Below the pieces are notes generated by a model. That model was not told the DNA's origin. It did not search any database and was given only the letters and a program-made list of their open reading frames with translations. Below are positions 36,074 to 45,875 of a DNA stretch of 64,000 bases, piece by piece. This DNA comes from a virus. The stretch covers positions 1-64,000 of the IMG/VR virus record IMGVR_UViG_3300006224_000008, one strand, 5' to 3'. Made by a program: the position numbers and the translations under genes. How positions within the stretch are numbered: the first letter of the stretch is position 1; every line of letters starts with the position of its first letter.

Positions 36074-39000
36074 TTACACGCTGATCGTGACCTGTGAGCC
36101 CGCAATCACGTTCCCGTTGGTCCCGACAAAGCAGATGGACAGTGAGGACTCCGTGAGAATCAGCCGCAGCAGCGCGTTGTTGCTGACGGCGTACTCGACG
36201 GCTGGAGTGTACGCGCCGTTTATCGCGTAAAGATTGGAGGAGCCGCCGCCGCAGATGATCTGAGTGCAGCCGGTGACATCCGGCGTCCCGTCGCCAGCCC
36301 TTGCAGTATGGATTTGACTCGTGTGTTCATGGCCGCTGATCCACGCGATGGCCCCCTGGCTAACGGCTAACTGCCAAAGTGAGTCAAACGTGGCATCATC
36401 GCCGTGAGTGGTCCCCGCCGACCAGCGCGGCATGTGGCCGACAAGCACGTACTGGTAACCGACTTCGGTGAGTTCGCTTGCGATCCAGTCGTACGCGGTG
36501 CCCCCGGGCTCGAACGTGTTTGGTTCGGAGTCAGTCTCCGCCGAGTTGAACACGATGAATTTCCAGATGCCGAACTTGGCAGTGTATCGGAAGTCCACGG
36601 GGTCAGTTACCAACACAGTAGCAGGGAAAGCACCACCATAGACCGCTGCGTATGAACCATCCCAAAAGGACCGGGTCGCAGCTTGTTCGGCAGCACTTTC
36701 CCCAAGCCAATCGTGGTTTCCAGGTGCGTACAGAGTCTCTGCAACCAGCGCTGAAAACCCGAAATCCCAGAAGTTTTGCCAGTCTTCCTCGGGGTCCAGC
36801 AGAGCGGGGGTGCCCATGATGTCGCCCGGACAGATGAAACCATTCGCGACCGCTGGAACATGCGTGAGCATGAGTTCAACAAGCGCTTCGTCAACCGTGC
36901 GCGCAGTGTCCGAGAAACCGTACAGGAGGTAGGGTTCTGCGGTTTCGGTTGTAAGGGTCAGGTCCCAACTGTCGATTGTCCCCGTGTTGAGCGTTGCGCG
37001 GTCAATGACCCATAGGGACCAAGCGCCATTCGGATCCAGCGGAGTGCCGACACATGCCGCTGCAAGATTTGGCAGGTAAGGCCCGGCTTCGAGTGGCGCC
37101 GGGAAATCCATCGCAACGCCGAAGTGCGTTGGGGCATAGGTGCCGGACGAGATCTCGGTCGCATCAGGAAGCGAGGCCCCGGCTTCATCGTCAAACACGA
37201 GGTCAACTCCGCTAACGGCGACGGCGCCGCCGCAGGATCGCATGAGTTCAACACGGCGCCCGTCAGGCGTGCGCAAGACGACCAGAACGTCATCCGGATA
37301 GGTGTGGGTGAAGCCGTTGATGGAGACGACAATCTTCGTGACGACCCCGGTCTCATCCTCAACGTATTTCGTGGTTGGGTAAGGCGTAGCTGCGGAGGCG
37401 GCGCCCGTCACGGCGTCATTGATCGTAATCTTCTGCGTGTTCGTGCTGAGTGTGCAGTCGAGGGCGGCTTGTGCTAGGGCCGTGGCTGCCGCCAATGCTG
37501 CATCATCGGCCTCCTGCTGAGAATTGTAACTTGTCGCAGTGGCGGAACGCGTCACGTTGGCGCCTGACTCGCCAATTGGACACTTTGCCGTATAGGACTG
37601 GGTTGATGTGTATACGAACTCGCAGTGTAGCAGCGCGTGCGCGGCAGCGAGAGCGGCATCGTAAGCTTTCGTATCCGCATCCGCCTGTGAAATGGTGCTG
37701 GTCGCAGTAGCGGTTGCAGTTGCCGTTTCCGTGACCGCGCCGGTCTCGGTCGATCCGAACAAGGCGATATTCGAGAGCGTGAAGAAAATTCCCGTCGTGG
37801 TGACGTCGTAATTCGTGCCCTTCGTGAACCGAAACCGATAGTACAGATACGCCGTCGCGTTGATGAATTCGAAACGCTTTGTTCCGGCGTCCGACCATGG
37901 AAGGATGTTCGCACGCGAATCGAGTTGGGTGAAATTCGTCCCGTCGTTCGAACCTTCAAAGATCCACGATTGAGGTACCGTCAACCGCGATCCGCAAGTG
38001 ATTTCGTACGCATCAATGGTTTTCGCCGCTGCGAATTGGTATTTGACCCATGGATTGGCAGCGCCGTAAACCGATGTCCCCCACTGGTAATCCAGGCTCT
38101 TGGTGCCCTTGAACGCATAGAATGCCGCCAAGGAAGCGGGCATTCCGGCAATGTAGGTCTGTTCCCACAGACTGATTGCCGTCACGTCCGGGGAAGCGCT
38201 GACAACACCTGACGGGGCCGTGTTGCTCGTCATGGCGGGCACGAGATTCGTGGTATTCGGATTGGTGCTCCCGGTCGGGCAAGAGGCCGTCGCTGATTTC
38301 GTGCTCGTGTACGTTATTGTCGGCGGAGGCGGAGTAGTCCCGGATTCGATGTCGGGCAGTGGGCTGGGGTCCTCCGCCTGGATCGGCGGGGGCGTATCGA
38401 GGCAATCACCCCCATAGCAGTACGTGCCGATGATGTATCCGTAACCCGCAACCTCTGAAATCCAGACCGAAATGGTTCCCGTACCACACTTCGGCGGCAC
38501 GTAGGTCAGATTCTCCGTGTCGAAATCGTCATCGATCAACGTGGTGAGGTTCGTGATGTCCTCAAATTTAACCGAGTTCAGCAACAGGCCGACGCGGAGA
38601 TCCGCGTCATCGGGAATGTCGAGTTGTTCGACCGACACATACACGTCATGGGCGCCCGCGGCTGTGAAACTGTAAGCGAAATTCTGGAAATCCTGAGTGT
38701 AGTCATCAATGGTGACCGTCTGGCTGAGGAGGTAAATCGGCGTGTGCTCGGAGTCGTCATTCAAGTAGAAGACTCGGATGCGAGCCGTGTACGGAGTTGC
38801 ATCGATGATTTGGTTACCAGCCAGTCCGACCGTGACACGGTACACGTGTCCCGCCGTCAGCGTGAATGCCGTTTTGGATTCGAGGCGCCCCTTGTTGTCG
38901 AGTGCCGGATCCTGTGTTCCGCTCACGAGGTCAACGTACAGACCGTTACCCGGGAGATAGTCAAAGAACCCATTGCCCTGGAGATCCACCGCCCCATTGA

Positions 39001-40030
39001 CAACATCCCAGTTAGCGAAGGCCGTATAGTTCAGAACACCCTTGTACTGGTACTCGTCACCGTCAGGCCGACAATTCCCAGCGCAGAGGTAGCCTTTGAT
39101 GCCAGCAAAGTAGTCGAGGGCGTCTGACGCGTTGGTTGCGTAGGCGTTTATGAAGAAACCGCCCGTCGCAAGGGAACTGAGCAGCCGGTACCCCTTCCCG
39201 GCTGCTCTCGTACCTAGACACATCACGATGCCACCACCGTTCCTGAAATCAGTAGCCAACGCGATTGGGTTGTTCGCGTCGTTGTAGCTCGGGGTCAGAT
39301 CTTCACCGTCCGAAATAATCGCCAAAACCTTCTGGTCAGCCGACACTGAGGCAAGTTGCGCGATGGCGTCGTTCAGCGCATCGTAGAACGCCGTCAACTG
39401 TGCAGTCTGCGTTATGCCCGCCACCAGGGTCTCCACCGCTGCGGTATCTGATGTTGGCGTAGCCAGCGCGACGGTTTCAGCCGCATTGAACGTCATCAAT
39501 CCGATGAGGTCCTTTGTGCCATCAACCTCTCCGGAGAATCGAACGCCAGCCGCTTTGGCAAAGGCAAGGCGTGACGCGTAATCCGCGTTGAAGAGCTGCG
39601 ACATGGATTTGGATGTATCGATGAGCAGCAGCATCGCGACGGTTTGCTGCGAGCAGCAATTGTCCCCGGCAATAACCGTGACCTCAGAGTAAGCGGTTGT
39701 GCCTTCGTACGTGGCGGAAATCGACGCGGAACCGACCCCGGTGCCTGTGGCGTTTCCCGACATCGCGCCAATCATGGCGACATCGAGATTCGAACTCGCA
39801 AAAACGGCTTCGCCGGTGACATCGGTCTCAACCCCGTTGTTGACTGAGTACGCCTTGAATTGGATCGAGCCGAAAGGGCAGGTAAGCGCCATGCCGGGCT
39901 TGATGAGCAGAGTGGTCGGAGTTGGGCAAAGCGTTGGATTGGCCAGTGCAAACGCCGGATCGGAACACCGAGGGTCGGTTGGTGCCACAGTGTTGACGCA
40001 ATCGGCAGTGAATATATTTCCGAAGCGCAT
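36074..40030 (-). CDS. Multidomain virion protein: Ig-like + vWA + discoidin(F5/8)-like + DUF5977-like repeats + P-domain-like + calcineurin-like metallophosphoesterase
   Basis: TDVT..A.F.SSN..VA (Ig); IDTSKSM MIDAS and ISDG (vWA); PQSWIFEGSNDG..F..LD..YLYYR (discoidin); HTYPDD..L..PDG..NGAWSL.V.D...G.IDSW.L (P-domain); SD, GD, GNHD, H and GHEH (phosphoesterase). Confidence 0.85.
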   Translation of the reverse strand: MRFGNIFTADCVNTVAPTDPRCSDPAFALANPTLCPTPTTLLIKPGMALTCPFGSIQFKAYSVNNGVETDVTGEAVFASSNLDVAMIGAMSGNATGTGVGSASISATYEGTTAYSEVTVIAGDNCCSQQTVAMLLLIDTSKSMSQLFNADYASRLAFAKAAGVRFSGEVDGTKDLIGLMTFNAAETVALATPTSDTAAVETLVAGITQTAQLTAFYDALNDAIAQLASVSADQKVLAIISDGEDLTPSYNDANNPIALATDFRNGGGIVMCLGTRAAGKGYRLLSSLATGGFFINAYATNASDALDYFAGIKGYLCAGNCRPDGDEYQYKGVLNYTAFANWDVVNGAVDLQGNGFFDYLPGNGLYVDLVSGTQDPALDNKGRLESKTAFTLTAGHVYRVTVGLAGNQIIDATPYTARIRVFYLNDDSEHTPIYLLSQTVTIDDYTQDFQNFAYSFTAAGAHDVYVSVEQLDIPDDADLRVGLLLNSVKFEDITNLTTLIDDDFDTENLTYVPPKCGTGTISVWISEVAGYGYIIGTYCYGGDCLDTPPPIQAEDPSPLPDIESGTTPPPPTITYTSTKSATASCPTGSTNPNTTNLVPAMTSNTAPSGVVSASPDVTAISLWEQTYIAGMPASLAAFYAFKGTKSLDYQWGTSVYGAANPWVKYQFAAAKTIDAYEITCGSRLTVPQSWIFEGSNDGTNFTQLDSRANILPWSDAGTKRFEFINATAYLYYRFRFTKGTNYDVTTTGIFFTLSNIALFGSTETGAVTETATATATATSTISQADADTKAYDAALAAAHALLHCEFVYTSTQSYTAKCPIGESGANVTRSATATSYNSQQEADDAALAAATALAQAALDCTLSTNTQKITINDAVTGAASAATPYPTTKYVEDETGVVTKIVVSINGFTHTYPDDVLVVLRTPDGRRVELMRSCGGAVAVSGVDLVFDDEAGASLPDATEISSGTYAPTHFGVAMDFPAPLEAGPYLPNLAAACVGTPLDPNGAWSLWVIDRATLNTGTIDSWDLTLTTETAEPYLLYGFSDTARTVDEALVELMLTHVPAVANGFICPGDIMGTPALLDPEEDWQNFWDFGFSALVAETLYAPGNHDWLGESAAEQAATRSFWDGSYAAVYGGAFPATVLVTDPVDFRYTAKFGIWKFIVFNSAETDSEPNTFEPGGTAYDWIASELTEVGYQYVLVGHMPRWSAGTTHGDDATFDSLWQLAVSQGAIAWISGHEHTSQIHTARAGDGTPDVTGCTQIICGGGSSNLYAINGAYTPAVEYAVSNNALLRLILTESSLSICFVGTNGNVIAGSQVTISV

Positions 40031-40036
40031 AGGCGA

Positions 40037-41719
40037 TTATGGTTGGCCCCAGACGTAGCTGAAGATTCCGCACTGCCGTTCAGCCACCAGGACTTCGAGC
40101 CGCATGGTAGCCAGTTGATACCCCATCGAATCTGCCATTTGGTTGGCAAGCGACTGAGACGTGGCTGAGACTTCGTGTGCTTCGACCGTGACATTGACGA
40201 TGCACTGGCAGCTAAATGGCCAGACAGTCAACGGCACAATCGATTGCCGTGTGATGGTCCGTGCCTCATTCCAATAGACCTGCACATCGGGACACGTTCC
40301 AGCGTCGATCAGCGCTTGGTTTGCCAGATTCTGAGCCTGCGTAGCGGCTTCGGCATCCGCCTCAGCCTGGGAATGAGTGGACGAATACTCGTGTTCGGCC
40401 ACAGTCGCCTCTTCCGAGATTCCCGGGTCAGTCGCGCAAACTGCCGACCGACTGACTGTGCGATTCCAGTAGACACACGTGAGTTGGGCACCCGCCTGCT
40501 GCAACGCCAAAGCCATTGCCTGCTCGTTTGCGTCCGCCTTAGAGATAGTTGACGTGACCGTTCCGGCCGGGATTGTCACCGTGACAGGGTCACCTTCGGG
40601 AACCGGAGCGCCTGCTGAATGTTCGCAAGCCGCCGTTGCGGTCTGGGCGTCATTAAAATAAGTGACTGCCTCCACCGTGCAAACTAACTGAGCCTGAGCC
40701 TGCCGTTCGGCTTCGTCTTGAGCTTTTTGATTCGCGTCGGCGACGGAGATGGAGGAACCAACCGTCCCCGCCGGGATCGTAACCGTGACAGGGTTGCCAG
40801 TGTACCCGTCCGGACAATGCGCAGTGGCTGTCTGTGCGGAATTGTGGTAGAGCGTGACAAGGCTCTGAGGGCTGCCGCGTGCCCGAGACGGCTCACATTC
40901 CCTGAGTCTATTCTCTTCCGTGCATTGATGCATGAGCATCGCTCTGGCTTCGTTGTAACCCGCGAGCGCCCTCGCCGCTTCGTCCGCATCATGCCCGTAC
41001 TTGTCTTGATGATCCCACCGCACCCACGCTTCGACGGCCCTCGTAAGTAGCGGATCTTCATCCACCAAGTCGGCGTCTGTCCAGATGCGCTTGATACCAT
41101 CCCATTTGATGACCACGGACTCTGTGCTCTGAATCCAGGGGGCGATGTAGAGTTTTCCGCGCTCGATAGCCCACCGACCGGCCAGCGCACGGCTGATGGT
41201 CGAATCCGTTGACGTTTGCGGATAGTGGTACCCAAGGGGCAACAGCGGCAGGCCAGCGGGCACGCCTTCATCCGTCGGTACCGGGTAACACGCCTTTGTG
41301 CAGGCGTCGCCACTGAGGGCAAAATAGGCGGGAATACTAAGGCAACATCCCGCGGCGGAACTTTGGTACAGGAACCGTTTCACCGAGCAAAAATCGACTG
41401 GGGTATAGACGATCTCCGAGCACCAATCGTCTTCGGCATCGGCATCTTCCAGCCCGGTTTCTGGATCGATCTTGTCGATGACGGATACGGATTGGATGTT
41501 CCCCCTGGGCGCGTCGAGTACGGTGAGCCCGCAGTTGTAGAATGTGGCGCAGTGGGGGATGACGTCCGTATTATCCTGTTGAAGGCAGTCCACCCAGGTC
41601 TGAAGGTCAATCAGGGCGTCTACGAAGGCTTTGTTGTGGGCCGCGACAAGACTGCTTGCTTCACCGCCAGGAAAGACTCGCTGGCGAACATCGGTCTTTA
41701 ACTGGCCGAAAGTGTACAC
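40037..41719 (-). CDS. Putative head-tail adaptor with C-terminal DUF5977-like repeats
   Basis: N-terminal TFGQLK..V adaptor-like start; repeats Y.N..QTATA.C...VTVTIPAG...S.IS.ADAN..A; located downstream of the capsid gene. Confidence 0.6.
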   Translation of the reverse strand: MYTFGQLKTDVRQRVFPGGEASSLVAAHNKAFVDALIDLQTWVDCLQQDNTDVIPHCATFYNCGLTVLDAPRGNIQSVSVIDKIDPETGLEDADAEDDWCSEIVYTPVDFCSVKRFLYQSSAAGCCLSIPAYFALSGDACTKACYPVPTDEGVPAGLPLLPLGYHYPQTSTDSTISRALAGRWAIERGKLYIAPWIQSTESVVIKWDGIKRIWTDADLVDEDPLLTRAVEAWVRWDHQDKYGHDADEAARALAGYNEARAMLMHQCTEENRLRECEPSRARGSPQSLVTLYHNSAQTATAHCPDGYTGNPVTVTIPAGTVGSSISVADANQKAQDEAERQAQAQLVCTVEAVTYFNDAQTATAACEHSAGAPVPEGDPVTVTIPAGTVTSTISKADANEQAMALALQQAGAQLTCVYWNRTVSRSAVCATDPGISEEATVAEHEYSSTHSQAEADAEAATQAQNLANQALIDAGTCPDVQVYWNEARTITRQSIVPLTVWPFSCQCIVNVTVEAHEVSATSQSLANQMADSMGYQLATMRLEVLVAERQCGIFSYVWGQP

Positions 41720-41722
41720 AGG

Positions 41723-42211
41723 TTAGTCGCCTTCTCCGACTGCTTCCCGGCGACTGATACGCCGCGTAGTCGGGCGAAACTTGGGCGGTTCCTGGTTCAG
41801 TGCGATCTGGGCCTCTCCATTCTGGGGAGCTGGTGCTGTCTGTTGCACTGGCGGGGTTGGCTTAGCCGCAAGAGGGGTTGGCCGGTTACCCGCAACTGCG
41901 GCAACCGGATTGAACACGGCTGGCCTGATGGAAGGCGGCAAGGCGCGCAGCATGTCTTTTTTCAAGCGCGGCGCGGATGGATTGAACGGATGGAGCGCTT
42001 TTTTTTTCCGGTACTCGTCGGCAGTGATCTTGATGATGCCTCCCCGGTGCTTCGCCGCAGCGGCATTCAACCCGGCGACAAGGTCAGGTTGGTGTTCCGG
42101 GTCAATTTCGAGCACGCCGCGATTCCCGTCCAGGGTCTCCCATTCCACCACCTTGCCAGCAATCATGATGGGGTTTGAGATGAGTTCCTTTGAAAAGTAT
42201 TGGAGGTCCAT
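41723..42211 (-). CDS. Hypothetical protein
   Basis: Fills the gap after the capsid gene, same strand as neighbours. Confidence 0.75.
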   Translation of the reverse strand: MDLQYFSKELISNPIMIAGKVVEWETLDGNRGVLEIDPEHQPDLVAGLNAAAAKHRGGIIKITADEYRKKKALHPFNPSAPRLKKDMLRALPPSIRPAVFNPVAAVAGNRPTPLAAKPTPPVQQTAPAPQNGEAQIALNQEPPKFRPTTRRISRREAVGEGD

Positions 42212-42229
42212 AATATCCGCCGCTAATCA

Positions 42230-42265
42230 GAACGGCGGATCGACTTTGGGGTCAACCCGCCGTTC
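42230..42265 (-). terminator. Stem-loop downstream of major capsid gene (attenuator/stabiliser)
   Basis: On the minus strand GAACGGCGGGTTGAC-cccaaa-GTCGATCCGCCGTTC forms a 15-bp stem with G-U pairs; weak U-tract. Confidence 0.6.
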
Positions 42266-42291
42266 ATGTCAAATCAAACCGTTCGCACGGC

Positions 42292-44010
42292 TTACTGTGG
42301 AGCCGTGGTGGTTGTGGTCGTCGTCAGGGTGCCAGGATACGTACCCACCAACGTCGCGTGTTCGGGAATTTCGCTGCTGAAATTCTCGATGATGAGATTG
42401 GCCGACGGGCATTCCACGATCATCGTCCAGGTAACGCTGGTAAGCGTCTGCTGCTGCGTGTTCACCGCCATGACGCAGGCATAGTCGGCGTTGATCTTGG
42501 CCAGTGTTTCCAGGTCGCCGGTGCGGTGCACCTTGCGATTGGAGGCGAGGATACCCGGGTAGATTCCGGCAAAATCCAATATCCAGAGCACCCTCGCCGT
42601 GTCCGCCTGACCGGCAGCCGTTGCCGCCGTCAGGTAATCGTCGAAATAGTAGTGGGTCACGACGTTGAATTCCACGCCTTGCGGCCAGAATAACGGGTAG
42701 GTGCGGAAGCTGAACCCGAAGTTCGCTCTCTTGGCTTTGCCGAACGTCTCCACCGGGACCATCAGCCGGGCCATGCCATCGGATTTGCTGTTGTAGTACT
42801 TGATCATGGCCTGATTGATGAGTTCGGCCGTGACCCCGTCCGTGAAGACGTCGAAAACCTTTGGATTCGGGTGATTGCGGCCCTCGCGGACACGCATCAT
42901 GTTGTAGAACGCCTGGAACAGCGCTGGGAGGTTGAGCTGGGTGCCCTGGGAATCATGAACCCGACCGCACTCGGCCATCAGTTCGTAGATCCCGATGGCG
43001 TTCGCTCGCTTGCCAACACAGGTGCCGCCATCCACGCCCAGGAGTGTCGAGGCAATATCGAATGCGGGGATGTCCTCCAGATCGGCGTAATCAGTCGCAT
43101 TCTGGTTCGCCAGGGCTTTGCCCCAGAACATCTGATCCACAAACCGGCGCTGCCAGTCGTTCGCGATCTGTTTGTTCTTCTCGATCTCGTCGAGATCGAA
43201 GAACTCCTTGTACAGGGCGTTGTCGGCCATGACCAGTTCTCGCCACTTGTCGTACTGGTCGCTCTTGCACATGCTGTTGCGGACGGTTTCCACCCAGAAC
43301 GGAACGTTCTTCCAGTTCAGGTAGGCGGGCATTTCGGCGCACCATTTCTCGAAATCGTTCACGTTGGGCGTGCCGCGCCGGGCGAGGCCGGTCACTGGAC
43401 TGCCCAGTTTATCGGCGTCGAGGAATGACCCCGTGTTCTCCTGCGTCAAATTGAGCGTGAGCGTGTCATCGCCGTTATCGGTCACCGCGGCGACTTTCCA
43501 TGCTGTCTTCGTGGAGCTTCCGCCCTCCGAAACGCCATCGATGAAAATACGCAACCCAACGGGGAAGGAACGGACGTCGGCTGGAATGTTCGTGCTGGAT
43601 GCGACGATGATCTGCCAGTCAATGCCTTCGAGAGCGGGATCGTTGCCGCCGGTAACCAGCCAATACGCGTTGTTGATTGGGGAATACTGGCGGGCGAGAA
43701 TGAATGGCGCGATTTCCAGGAGGCCACCGGGCAGCCGCCGGGTCTGCATCGTTTTATGAACGGCGACCTTGTTCGCCATGAAGAAGTCGTACAAACCGTT
43801 CTGGACGGCCTCGCACATCTTGATCTCCATGTCGTGATGGAAAAGCGCTTCCATCACGCGGAACTCACCGGTTTTCATATAGGCGCTGGTGAGATCGCCT
43901 TCGGTCATCGGTTTGGCGCTACAAATCGTTACCGATCCGCACTGCTTGATGTTGGTCGAGATCGCGGGAGCGCACTTCGCGAATGCATTGGCATTGAGAG
44001 CAAAACTCAT
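42292..44010 (-). CDS. Putative major capsid protein with C-terminal poly-Thr tail
   Basis: Synteny portal-small-scaffold-this gene-hairpin-adaptor; MFWGK...RANAIGI resembles an HK97-fold segment; ends TLTTTTTTTAPQ. Confidence 0.72.
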   Translation of the reverse strand: MSFALNANAFAKCAPAISTNIKQCGSVTICSAKPMTEGDLTSAYMKTGEFRVMEALFHHDMEIKMCEAVQNGLYDFFMANKVAVHKTMQTRRLPGGLLEIAPFILARQYSPINNAYWLVTGGNDPALEGIDWQIIVASSTNIPADVRSFPVGLRIFIDGVSEGGSSTKTAWKVAAVTDNGDDTLTLNLTQENTGSFLDADKLGSPVTGLARRGTPNVNDFEKWCAEMPAYLNWKNVPFWVETVRNSMCKSDQYDKWRELVMADNALYKEFFDLDEIEKNKQIANDWQRRFVDQMFWGKALANQNATDYADLEDIPAFDIASTLLGVDGGTCVGKRANAIGIYELMAECGRVHDSQGTQLNLPALFQAFYNMMRVREGRNHPNPKVFDVFTDGVTAELINQAMIKYYNSKSDGMARLMVPVETFGKAKRANFGFSFRTYPLFWPQGVEFNVVTHYYFDDYLTAATAAGQADTARVLWILDFAGIYPGILASNRKVHRTGDLETLAKINADYACVMAVNTQQQTLTSVTWTMIVECPSANLIIENFSSEIPEHATLVGTYPGTLTTTTTTTAPQ

Positions 44011-44013
44011 ATT

Positions 44014-44058
44014 CGTTAGTTGGTTGTGCGGCTACTGCCGCGTTACACCCAACTAACG
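44014..44058 (-). promoter_or_regulatory. Long hairpin spanning scaffold stop and capsid translation-initiation region
   Basis: CGTTAGTTGG (44014-23)/CCAACTAACG (44049-58) form a perfect 10-bp stem, with an inner GCGGC/GCCGC stem. Confidence 0.7.
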
Positions 44059-45525
44059 TTTACCAAGAAAGCGCTCGCCAAAAGCTCTAAGTGGATTTGG
44101 GTCGTTGTTCGCAGCGGCCTTTGCTGTCGCAGCCACAATTGACTCCGCGCCGACGGTCGGTGAAAGCGGTTTCCCATCGGTTTCATCGAGTTCTCCTGCA
44201 CCTTCGCCAGATTCGCCGGGACCCTTATCTGCGCTGTTTTCGGCAAGTTTGATCCCCCGCGCTTCAGCCCACCGCCGGTGTTTTGCCTCCTCTTTTTCGA
44301 TATTTTCCTTGGCAGTTTTCACTCTATCCGCTGCCCGAAGAGCCGCGAGGTCGGCCACGGACAGCGTCCAGTAGTAGCGTTCCCGCTCGGCTTTGGGGAC
44401 TTTATAGTAGTCAGCGGCCGGTAAAAATGCCCTTCCTTTGGCGTCGAGTTTTTCCTGGTCCGGCAAGGCCGCGATGCGCATTTCCTCTTTTTCAGCAAAC
44501 TGGCCAAGCTCAACGTGCATCTCATTCTTGGGGTCGTATTCCGTCAAGCCGTTGAGAAGTTTGTACAGTTCTGCGGTCTCGTTTTCGAGAGCCACAGCGC
44601 TCTGAACCTGTAATTCGAACCCAGTTGGATCGGCCTTTTGCAGCGCCTCCAGCTTAGCCTGATCCACAACACCCCGTTCATTCACGAGGTCTTTATATGC
44701 ATCGCCCAGGCGAGACCAGAATTGCCGGGCTGCTGACACTTGCTCCTGATTTATGATTGGTGTCGCTTCACGCAGTCGTTCTTTGGTCTCCAGCTTCGAG
44801 AGCTTTTCAGAGAGTGGTTTACGTTCAGCCTCCAGGCGCTTGTCGGTCCGGATGTCTGCCAGAGCTTCCGTGTAATCGTCGTCATCCCATTCGATGTCGT
44901 TCTCAGCGAAAAACTCCTCGTGTTCCTCGGCGGATTCATCGAATTCTTTCCCTGGATTTTCCTTCTCCCAGTTCGCGGCGTACTCGCGCAGTTTACGGAC
45001 GGAGGTTCGATATTTGTCGGCCAGACCGGTGTACTTCTCCGCATAGAGCTTCTCCATCCTCGTAAGGACTGCCACCTTACGTTCCTCTTGCGGTGTGGGC
45101 TCGTCTGGCTTCGGTCCCGATTCGGGTCCGGTCTGTCTACCCAGGGCTTTCGCTACTCCCGCTGCGGCCGCTTCGGCGATCTTTTCGCCTGTCAGGGGTT
45201 CGGCTTCACGTTTGGGCGGGACAACGGGGGTTACCTTGGGGCGCGACTGGGCTTTGGGTTTTCCCGTTGCTGCACCAGCCTCAGGCTTCCCCAATTTTTT
45301 TTCGTCTTTCTTGGACGGCTCGATCTTGATGCCCAAATGCCGGGACATAAACGCCTCAACTCCGGAGAGATCAGCGGGTTTTTTGTCGGCCGGTTCCTTT
45401 GGTGCGGCTGGTGCCCCTTCGCCACCTGCTGGCGGCGCCGGTGCTGCCGCGGCCGGGGGAGTTGCCACCGCAGCCCCTGCCCCTGGATCATCCGGGCTAA
45501 GTAAGATGTTGGATTTGAGCAACAT
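44053..45525 (-). CDS. Putative capsid scaffolding protein
   Basis: Charged helical protein with Pro/Ala-rich N-terminus, immediately upstream of the putative capsid gene. Confidence 0.65.
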   Translation of the reverse strand: MLLKSNILLSPDDPGAGAAVATPPAAAAPAPPAGGEGAPAAPKEPADKKPADLSGVEAFMSRHLGIKIEPSKKDEKKLGKPEAGAATGKPKAQSRPKVTPVVPPKREAEPLTGEKIAEAAAAGVAKALGRQTGPESGPKPDEPTPQEERKVAVLTRMEKLYAEKYTGLADKYRTSVRKLREYAANWEKENPGKEFDESAEEHEEFFAENDIEWDDDDYTEALADIRTDKRLEAERKPLSEKLSKLETKERLREATPIINQEQVSAARQFWSRLGDAYKDLVNERGVVDQAKLEALQKADPTGFELQVQSAVALENETAELYKLLNGLTEYDPKNEMHVELGQFAEKEEMRIAALPDQEKLDAKGRAFLPAADYYKVPKAERERYYWTLSVADLAALRAADRVKTAKENIEKEEAKHRRWAEARGIKLAENSADKGPGESGEGAGELDETDGKPLSPTVGAESIVAATAKAAANNDPNPLRAFGERFLGKR

Positions 45526-45533
45526 AGTCGGGT

Positions 45534-45818
45534 CTAGGTCAATTTAACGGTCTGGAATATCTCCCGCTGTTCCAACATTTCGTTGAGGACGTCGAGGCAG
45601 ATCTGGTAGCGCTGGGCCACACGTAACTTCGCATTCGCGGCATCGAGTTTCGCTCCATATTCCTTGGAATCAACGGCATCGTGTAGTGCTTCAGCCTGGA
45701 AACGTTTGACCTGGGAGGCAACGACGCGGGCAAAAACCTCGCGGGCAGGTTGCCGCAGCCATGCTCGGAGGGCTCGATCAGCCTCGGCTGACAACGGTTC
45801 TAGCTGGCAGTCGATCAT
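45534..45818 (-). CDS. Small helical protein between portal and scaffold
   Basis: 94 aa; position is typical of podophage head modules. Confidence 0.7.
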   Translation of the reverse strand: MIDCQLEPLSAEADRALRAWLRQPAREVFARVVASQVKRFQAEALHDAVDSKEYGAKLDAANAKLRVAQRYQICLDVLNEMLEQREIFQTVKLT

Positions 45819-45875
45819 GTGGACGTTAAACCTGTCACCGCCACATTTGGCAAGTATAATCGTCCAACGGGTAGG

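Noticed and set aside
44008-44055. In-frame read-through from scaffold into capsid, or TAG recoding
   Set aside because: The 42-nt spacer is in frame but contains a second TAG, and genes across the window are intact under the standard code.
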